Shown here piece after piece: positions 27,390 to 34,194 of a stretch of DNA of 61,360 bases (positions are counted from its first letter, which is position 1; each line of letters opens with the position of its first letter). Where the stretch lies: the NCBI GenBank assembly GCA_021814565.1, contig JAKAIC010000001.1, positions 1-61,360 of the forward strand. The letters are read 5' to 3'. The stretch is from Actinomycetes bacterium (GTDB lineage: Bacteria; Actinomycetota; Actinomycetes; S36-B12; UBA5976). The notes under the pieces are model-generated. The model saw only the letters and a list, made by a program, of their open reading frames with translations. It ran no database searches and was not told the DNA's origin. A program made the translations under genes and the position numbers.

Positions 27390-28165
27390 GCGTCACCGAC
27401 TATGGCGTATGGGGGACGCTCAACGACGCGCTCGCTGGGCCTGCAGAACCGGAATTCGTTGAATACTTCAACTCACTTCTGCAGCCGAATGCCCGTGTAT
27501 TCGAGGTGGGCATTGGATCCGGTCGACTGGCATTGCCGCTGGCCAAGTCGGGCTTCAGAGTGTCGGGCATCGACACCAGTCAGCGCATGCTGCAACTCCT
27601 CGCCGAAAACGACCCCGATCAACTCATTAGTTATTCCACGGGAGACATCACAGAAGACCGGAACTTCGGCCGCTTCGATGCCGTATTGCTTGCCTACAAC
27701 GTCCTCTCGATGCTACCAAACAGAGAAGCGCAAGAGCGCGGCCTGCGCAACGCCTGCAGGCACTTGGCATCCAACGGCTTCCTCATCATCGAGAACGTGA
27801 CTCCGCACGCCATCACCTCCCAGTTGAATGAACGACGCCAAGCGATTGGCGTTCAATTTCACGACGATGAACTCTGGCTGAACCTGAGCCGCTATTACCC
27901 GGAAGAGCAGCGCTACAAAGCGCGATTCCTCGCCCTCGAGACCGGCGGCTTCGTCGAGCGTTCTGGCGATCTCACCCTCATCGAAGCAACGACAGTTTGC
28001 GACCTTGTCACGAGTCAAGGCCTGGACCTCATTCGCCAAGCGGACAGTTGGGCGGGGCATCAATTCTCCAACGACAGCGCCAGTTACATCCTGACCTTCC
28101 AGCGATGCGCCGATGCCACAGGCGGCAGTAAGAAGCCGGCTCCTACTTCGCGACAGGGGAGGTGA
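27386..28165 (+). CDS. Class I SAM-dependent methyltransferase
   Basis: VFEVGIGSGRLALPLA (motif I), GIDTS, AVLLAYNV. Start overlaps the rSAM stop. Confidence 0.8.
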   Translation: MSVTDYGVWGTLNDALAGPAEPEFVEYFNSLLQPNARVFEVGIGSGRLALPLAKSGFRVSGIDTSQRMLQLLAENDPDQLISYSTGDITEDRNFGRFDAVLLAYNVLSMLPNREAQERGLRNACRHLASNGFLIIENVTPHAITSQLNERRQAIGVQFHDDELWLNLSRYYPEEQRYKARFLALETGGFVERSGDLTLIEATTVCDLVTSQGLDLIRQADSWAGHQFSNDSASYILTFQRCADATGGSKKPAPTSRQGR

Positions 28166-28170
28166 ATCAA

Positions 28171-28227
28171 ATGGTGAAGGCAATTCTCATTCAGTCAGAG
28201 CCCATCATCGTGTGCGTCGTGCACTAG
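28171..28227 (+). CDS. Unannotated 18-aa ORF MVKAILIQSEPIIVCVVH (candidate RiPP precursor)
   Basis: GGGGAGG lies 7 nt upstream of the ATG and 5 nt after the methyltransferase stop. Followed 12 nt later by an 11-bp perfect GC hairpin. Too short for the ORF track. Confidence 0.4.
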   Translation: MVKAILIQSEPIIVCVVH

Positions 28228-28239
28228 GGATCTCGCACG

Positions 28240-28269
28240 GGTGGGGGCGCGATCTCAAGCGCCCCCACC
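28240..28269 (+). terminator. Strong GC hairpin GGTGGGGGCGC-N8-GCGCCCCCACC
   Basis: 11-bp perfect stem and 8-nt loop immediately after the 18-aa ORF. Confidence 0.6.
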
Positions 28270-28455
28270 GCGCGCTCGAATTCCTGGGACGCCCTTGAGA
28301 TGTGTAGACCCACCGTTCGACGAGATTCCTCTCCGCGACGAGCCGACCCGGATCGGCCCGGCAGGGCAACTCGTGCGGACGTTGTTGGACGGAACCGAAC
28401 TCCACCCAGACGTGCCTGATCAAGTCGACCAAGCACATGAGACAGACGGAGACTT

Positions 28456-29133
28456 ATGAAGACATCAAGACCTGCGTTACTGAGCGCGCTCGCCCTCACC
28501 GCACTAGTGATTGCCACCGGCGGATTCACGAGTGGCGCCACCGCAACTGAGCGATTGGCCACTTCGGCAGGGGGATCCACGGCAGCCAGCGGTTCGAGGC
28601 CTGTGTACGTTGTAGCCATTCATGGGCCGGGCGTTGTGCACCAGGCCGACGGCACCGCCTTCTACCCGACAGGCAAGTTAGCGGCGGGGACGATCATGGT
28701 TATCCCAAATGAGGACGGCACGCTTCCCGGCGGGATGTCAATCTCAGAAATTGCGCGTCGAGCCAACAGTTCTACAACAATGGCGGCTGCGTCATCATGC
28801 CTCGGCGGAACGTATCTGACCACACTGAACACATGGACGAGTGTCCAAACGGCAACGAATTGTGTCGTCATCGGATCGTCCACGGGCACAGTGAGCTACT
28901 GGTTCGGGATTGCCCCCGGAACCAACGGGTCAGCTTTAGGCCAAGGTCTTGGGTACTACCAGGGCTACAACGGATCGACATTCGGCATTTGGGCGAAGTG
29001 GTACGGACTTGGCATGGCTTCCGATGGTTTGCCGGGAGGCGCAACATTGCCATGGGTGAACGTTGCGGCGAACCCAAAGTTCATGGCAATGGGTATGTCA
29101 ATCGTCCCGGCAATGGGCAACTGGGGCGTGTAG
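28456..29133 (+). CDS. Secreted protein of unknown function
   Basis: 225 aa. Signal peptide MKTSRPALLSALALTALVIATGGFTSGATA. Gly/Thr/Ser-rich mature part. Confidence 0.6.
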   Translation: MKTSRPALLSALALTALVIATGGFTSGATATERLATSAGGSTAASGSRPVYVVAIHGPGVVHQADGTAFYPTGKLAAGTIMVIPNEDGTLPGGMSISEIARRANSSTTMAAASSCLGGTYLTTLNTWTSVQTATNCVVIGSSTGTVSYWFGIAPGTNGSALGQGLGYYQGYNGSTFGIWAKWYGLGMASDGLPGGATLPWVNVAANPKFMAMGMSIVPAMGNWGV

Positions 29134-29273
29134 AGCGCAGCGGCGTGGCGGGCTCGCTGATCCATCGGCTGGCCCGTCACGTCTCGCCTGCTCGTTCATT
29201 GCTCGCTGACCGGTTGATTGCGCAGCCAGCGCAGCTGAGCACAATACTTTCGACTGGACCGAGGGGCGTGTAC

Positions 29274-29777
29274 GTGTTGAGGAGACTGAGACAGCATTCA
29301 TGTTCGCAGAACGTCCTTGGGCCTGCCTCGATTCTATTGGCGCTGGCGCTCACTTCCGGCTGCGGGACTGTTCAGAAGTCGGCGTCGCCAAACGAAATGA
29401 CGGCGCTACGCTTGGTGGTAGCTGAATGCTCGACCATAAGCAGCGCGAGCAGTGAACTTGCGACGGATGTTGGACTCCCCGAGGCAATCGAACGTGATCG
29501 GCGACTTCGGCAGTTTGCTGCCTCGCTGAATTCCGCTTCAGCCACGGTGAAGATGGTGGAGCAGAGGATGCCCGCTGGTGTAGCCAGGAGCAACGTCGAA
29601 GCTGTGGCGGGGGCACTCAAGCGGTTTTCGAGTCGCACGGCCTCGTACGTCGATGCTGTGCCGGCGGCAACAACTCAAACCGACCCCCGCACGCTCCATG
29701 CGTTTGCAGAGCTACTCTCAGCAAACGCAGAGTTCGCAACCGCGTGCGCCCGCCTGGTGGATCCGCGCATCAAGTAG
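29274..29777 (+). CDS. Putative lipoprotein
   Basis: Lipobox LALTSGC after a basic n-region. GAGGGG lies 7 nt upstream of GTG 29274. The upstream part of tracked ORF 28797..29777 overlaps the previous gene out of frame. Confidence 0.5.
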   Translation: MLRRLRQHSCSQNVLGPASILLALALTSGCGTVQKSASPNEMTALRLVVAECSTISSASSELATDVGLPEAIERDRRLRQFAASLNSASATVKMVEQRMPAGVARSNVEAVAGALKRFSSRTASYVDAVPAATTQTDPRTLHAFAELLSANAEFATACARLVDPRIK

Positions 29778-30055
29778 ATCGACCGTGGTCGAGGCGTCAC
29801 GCCGATCGCCGCGGAAAACGGCTTCAGGCATGAATCCCACGGGCTCGGACCATTCCTGGCGGAGATGACTTCGACCCTCTTCGCGACCGACTCTTCGAGC
29901 GGCCACAGATTCTGATTGTGATGGAGCGCCTTGCAACCGCTCCCGCGATGTTGAGGAGCAGAGTCCGAGAATCTGAGTAGCAGTCACTCGTCGGCCACGC
30001 GGCCGCGACTCTCGGAACACCAATCGATTTCGACTAGCTGCGAAGCAGACGGCTT

Positions 30056-30481
30056 CTAGTCGATAAAGCCATCGACATTGGTCGGCTTGTCGCTCAGGCG
30101 AACTCGCGACTTGTTCCACAGCAACCTGCGAAGAAGTGCGTCGTCGGCGGCGGCGCGCGATAGGACCATCCACACCGCTAACGAGCCAATATCCATTTTC
30201 ATGATGCGGTCGCGCCAAACAAGGTACGCCTGGGGTTGAATCATGCAGTAGAGGCTGACGACGATGGTGCCACACATGAGCAACTGAATCGTCGTAAAGG
30301 TCCAAAACCCCATCGCGCGCACCGAGGAGGATCTTCTCGCGCCGAAGGCGCGCTTGTTCGGCAAGTCAGCGAATTTGGCACGTGCCTTGGCCGCCCGAAT
30401 CAGCAAGGAACTCCCGATCGTCAAAGCGATAGACAGGGTGGCCGACATAGTAAGGAAGGACTGATCGCCTGCAGTCATCAT
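30056..30481 (-). CDS. Small integral membrane protein
   Basis: Start at MMTAGDQSF with GGGGGA 5 nt upstream. Three or four hydrophobic segments. Confidence 0.45.
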   Translation of the reverse strand: MMTAGDQSFLTMSATLSIALTIGSSLLIRAAKARAKFADLPNKRAFGARRSSSVRAMGFWTFTTIQLLMCGTIVVSLYCMIQPQAYLVWRDRIMKMDIGSLAVWMVLSRAAADDALLRRLLWNKSRVRLSDKPTNVDGFID

Positions 30482-30761
30482 GCGAATCCCCCATTGAGTA
30501 TGACGGCAGGTTAGGCGCACCGCGGTACTTAGTCGAGCACCGCCAACAGCAGCCAAAAGAAGACCTGCAGCATGCCACCAAATATCACTCCGAACAGCGG
30601 CGCACCGCCTGGATCCGCCTGCCAATCGGCTCGTCCGAGTATTGCGTACAGAATGAAGAACACCGTGTAGCCGACTGAGATCACCAAGCCACGGCGTCCG
30701 CGGCGATCTGGATATTCGAAGATGGGGTGGGACTGACCCGAGTTCGGTTGACTCCTAACAT

Positions 30762-31079
30762 GTGGGGCTGCGGCCCTGCTGGAAGGAGCCCAAGATGCCG
30801 AGGGCGTATCCGCAAGAGTTCAAGGACGATGTCGTTCGGATCGTGCTTTCCGGCGAGGTAACGATGGCGCAGGCGGCACGCGATTTCGGAGTGTCCGAGA
30901 CGTGCGTGTCGAACTGGGTTCGCAAGGCCCAGGTCGAAGCCGGGCAGCGGCCTGGCGTGACGGCCAAGGAGTCGACGGAGCTGAAGGAGGCGCGCAAGCG
31001 GATCCGGATCCTGGAGCAGGAAAACGAGATCCTGCGGAGGGCGGCGATCTATCTGGGTCGGGGAACGCTCCCAAAATGA
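30762..31079 (+). CDS. IS3-family OrfA (HTH plus leucine zipper)
   Basis: MPRAYPQEFKDDVVRIV...AARDFGVSETCVSNWVRK...ELKEARKRIRILEQENEILRRA. Confidence 0.85.
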   Translation: MGLRPCWKEPKMPRAYPQEFKDDVVRIVLSGEVTMAQAARDFGVSETCVSNWVRKAQVEAGQRPGVTAKESTELKEARKRIRILEQENEILRRAAIYLGRGTLPK

Positions 31080-31942
31080 TCTACCCCTTGGTGACGGAGC
31101 TGGCTGCCAAGGGGATCCCGATCGCCCGGTCGTGCAAGGTGTTGGGCTTCTCCAAGCAGGCGTTCTATGCGTGGAAGGCGGCGCCGGTGAGTCAGCGCGA
31201 TTGGGATGACGCGCACCTCATCAACGCCGCCCGCGATGTCCATGCCGACGATCCGACGTTCGGTTACCGGTTCATCCATGACGAACTCGAACTCACCCAC
31301 GGGCACTCGGTGGGACGTAACCGCATCCACCGGTTGTGTCGGCAGGAAGGTCTCGGCTCGGTCATCGTCAAGGGCCGCGGCAAGGGCAAGCGTCCAGGCC
31401 CTGCCGTGCATGACGATCTCGTGCAACGCCAGTTCGGTGCCGAACGCATCGACCGGCTTTGGTACGTCGACATCAGCGAGCACCCGACCTTCGAGGGCAA
31501 GCTGTATCTGTGCGCCATCAAGGACGCAGCATCCGCGCGGATCGTGGGCTATTCCATGGATTCCCGTATGACTGCCGATCTCGCCTGCAATGCGCTGCGT
31601 CACGCGATCCTGCGACGGCGACCCATCGGCACCATCGTCCACTCGGACCGTGGCAGCCAGTTCGGTGCCAAGAAGTTCCGCACCATCCTCACCGAACACG
31701 GGCTTCGCGGCTCCATGGGACGTGTCGGTGCGGCAGGCGACAACGCGGCCATGGAATCGTTCTTCGCGCTGCTGCAAAAGAACGTCCTCAACCGCCGCCA
31801 ATGGCAGACCCGAGACCAATTGCGGATGGCGATCTGCACCTGGATCGAACGCGACTACCACCGTCGCCGCCGGCAGGCTGGCCTGGGACGACTCACCCCC
31901 GTCGAATACGAGACAATCACCACCGCAGCATTAGCTGCCTAG
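31076..31942 (+). CDS. IS3-family OrfB (DDE integrase core), probably made as an OrfAB fusion
   Basis: WYVDISEH (D), HSDRGSQF (D), DNAAMESFF (E). The frame is open from 30902. Slippery C CCA AAA at 31070..31076. Confidence 0.85.
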   Translation: MIYPLVTELAAKGIPIARSCKVLGFSKQAFYAWKAAPVSQRDWDDAHLINAARDVHADDPTFGYRFIHDELELTHGHSVGRNRIHRLCRQEGLGSVIVKGRGKGKRPGPAVHDDLVQRQFGAERIDRLWYVDISEHPTFEGKLYLCAIKDAASARIVGYSMDSRMTADLACNALRHAILRRRPIGTIVHSDRGSQFGAKKFRTILTEHGLRGSMGRVGAAGDNAAMESFFALLQKNVLNRRQWQTRDQLRMAICTWIERDYHRRRRQAGLGRLTPVEYETITTAALAA

Positions 31943-32412
31943 CCACGAAGAACCCGAGTCAACGAAACTCGGGCCAGTCCCGGTTGTACCTCCGATTGAA
32001 TCGACGCCACCACACTGAGTCTGCGATTTTCGAATCATTGATGCGCATGCCGGTACCCACGTCCTCACCTTCCGCAGTAGATACCTGCCGGAGGGTCCGG
32101 CACTCTCAGGAATCGTCAAGCAGCTCGCGCTCGACGATGCTGGGCCGGCAAGCGCTAGCGGTGTGATGGACCAGAACGTCTCTCAGTGACCGTTTCGCTC
32201 GCGTAGGGCGAACTAGATACTTGGCGATCTGGCACAACTTGGCAGCGCAAGCTCTACCGAAGCAATCACACTGACATGGGCCTGCCACTCGGGCGCTGGG
32301 TCGCACCGCCAATGCATTGCGCAGCACTCGCACGGGCCGGCGCTGCGTTCGGACCGGCAGGTGAAGCCCGTGACCGATTGAACGAGAGTCGTAGGGACCG
32401 GCCCGCTGGCGA

Positions 32413-34194
32413 TTGCGCTATCGCCGTTATGCCGGACCAGTCCCCGGCATGGTGACACCCACACACACAGAGATCACGGTCCGTGTACGCCGCTTCACGC
32501 CCAGCCGCCTGGATGCTCCCGCGTGGGCTGCTGCCCGCGATGCGGCGGTTGAGGCGGTGCTCGCTGCGAACCCGCCGACGCTGCTGGAAGCCGACTACTA
32601 CTGCACGCACTTGACGTTGTTTCTGGCGAGTCTCTCGACTGGGGTATGGGACCGGGTCAGTGAACCTGACATAGCGCAGCTGCTGACTTCGACGGCAATC
32701 GACGTGTTCACCTCCGAGACAGGCATGCCTGGCAAGTCCAAGTACACGCGGAAGACGGCGCGCACGAGGCTTCGCCAGTTGCAGCGGGCCGCGCTCGATC
32801 GAACGAAGGCACCGAGCCGCCCGCGGGCGACGTCGAGGAAGGCTTCCCGGTTCTGGATGCGGGTGACGGGTCTGGCGCCATTCACGGCACTGGCGGAGGC
32901 ATACCGCACGGCCGGTGGCTCTCTGCACATCACTTCGTGGATGGAGATTGCCGAATCGTTGACCACGGATTTGCGCACGATGTCCCCTGCGGCGAATGCG
33001 ACGACGCCCCCGGTGGGCACGCTCCGCGGTGTCCAAATGGGTGCCGAGGCGCTTCGTGAGGTCAAGGCCCCGCAGGGGGTGAGGCTGATGGCAACGCAAC
33101 CGACATCATCGACAACTGTAGCCAAGCCAATGTCGCGAGCCGCGGCACTCCGAATGGCTCGGGCAGCGCAAACGGCCGTGGCTGCACCACTGATCACACC
33201 CGTGCCGGCACTGGCTACCGAGCTGCAAACCATGGTGGATGGCTGGCGCCCGCAAGGCGTGTCCGAGCAGGTGTGGGCGCCGGTGGAGGCAGCCGCAGCG
33301 ACCGCGATGGCGGCGTATGCGCCGACATCGCAGTCCTCGCTCATGAACATCCGTTCCGTGATCGCGGACTATTGCCTATGGGTGCACGACCACCAGACAC
33401 ACGCTGCGGGAGCAGACCTGACGCTCGAGGCGCTGGTCGCGGCAGGTGTCCTCGAGGCGTACTTCGCCGGACCACTCACCGTGCGTCCGGATGCGACGCA
33501 GGCCACGGCACGCAGTGTGCTGCGCCGAGTAGTGCGGAAACTCGCCCCGCAGACCGCGCCGACACCGATCAGCTATCAGCCGGTGCAACCCCCATACAGT
33601 GACGCTGAATGCGCATCGTTCGTGCTCCTGGCACGCAATCAGCCGACTGCACACATGCGCCGCGAACTGTCCGCCATGATCGCGCTCGGCCTAGGTGCCG
33701 GGTTGGCGGCGGAGGACTCGCGGCTGATTGCACCGTGGCATGTGCGGGAACTCGACCTCGGTGACAGCGCGCCCGCGCTGGCGGTGCTGGTGCCTGGTGA
33801 GGCACCGCGTGGCCGCCTCGTGGTGGTGCGCCGTGAGTATGAGCCGCTGCTGCGGGAAGTACTCGCCCTACACAAGCAGGCACGCCGCAGCTCCAGCACC
33901 CCGCTGTATGGGGTGAACCCGAAGCGTCGTAACGGTGCGAACCGGGTCACGGAGAAGGCGGTCACCGCCACCGGTCAAGGCGTCGACGTGAGTGCCGCAC
34001 GTTTGCGCACCACGTGGCTGGTGGCGTGCATGTCGTCACCGGTGCCGTTCGGTGCCCTGCTCCACGCCTCCGGCCTGCGGACTCCGCGTACCTTGACCGA
34101 TCTGCTGCCGTTCTGTCCCGCACCCGATCCGCTGGCGGTTGCGTTGGCGCTGCAGGTCGCGGGCGGAGCCTCGAATGCGCAGGTTGCATCATGA
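32413..34194 (+). CDS. Module copy 3, gene A: integrase-fold protein that appears catalytically degenerate
   Basis: 593-aa ORF. Likely start is the Met at 32449 (MVTPTHTEI). C-terminal half nearly collinear with copy 1. Confidence 0.7.
   Translation: MRYRRYAGPVPGMVTPTHTEITVRVRRFTPSRLDAPAWAAARDAAVEAVLAANPPTLLEADYYCTHLTLFLASLSTGVWDRVSEPDIAQLLTSTAIDVFTSETGMPGKSKYTRKTARTRLRQLQRAALDRTKAPSRPRATSRKASRFWMRVTGLAPFTALAEAYRTAGGSLHITSWMEIAESLTTDLRTMSPAANATTPPVGTLRGVQMGAEALREVKAPQGVRLMATQPTSSTTVAKPMSRAAALRMARAAQTAVAAPLITPVPALATELQTMVDGWRPQGVSEQVWAPVEAAAATAMAAYAPTSQSSLMNIRSVIADYCLWVHDHQTHAAGADLTLEALVAAGVLEAYFAGPLTVRPDATQATARSVLRRVVRKLAPQTAPTPISYQPVQPPYSDAECASFVLLARNQPTAHMRRELSAMIALGLGAGLAAEDSRLIAPWHVRELDLGDSAPALAVLVPGEAPRGRLVVVRREYEPLLREVLALHKQARRSSSTPLYGVNPKRRNGANRVTEKAVTATGQGVDVSAARLRTTWLVACMSSPVPFGALLHASGLRTPRTLTDLLPFCPAPDPLAVALALQVAGGASNAQVAS

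Larger units (their letters stand above)
30728..31981 (+). mobile_element. IS3-family insertion sequence (orfA/orfB, -1 frameshift)
   Basis: Left TGGGACTGACCCGAGTTCGGTTGACTC matches the reverse complement of 31955..31981 (about 23/27 by eye). orfB lies in the -1 frame relative to orfA. Confidence 0.8.

Noticed and set aside
28241-28459. 72-codon ORF ending in an ATGA overlap with the secreted-protein gene.
   Set aside because: It starts inside the terminator hairpin and its composition is Pro/Arg/Asp-rich. No motif, so probably non-coding.
28797-29273. Upstream part of the 326-aa ORF 28797..29777.
   Set aside because: It overlaps the secreted-protein gene in another frame. A lipoprotein-type signal peptide with an SD begins at 29274.
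29718-30305. 195-aa minus-strand ORF.
   Set aside because: It overlaps the better-supported membrane-protein gene (30056..30481) out of frame and has an Arg-rich, motif-free translation.
30721-31990. Target-site duplication for the IS3 element.
   Set aside because: The flanks (GGG on the left, GGT on the right) do not match cleanly, and the exact termini are uncertain by 1-2 nt, so no duplication is claimed.
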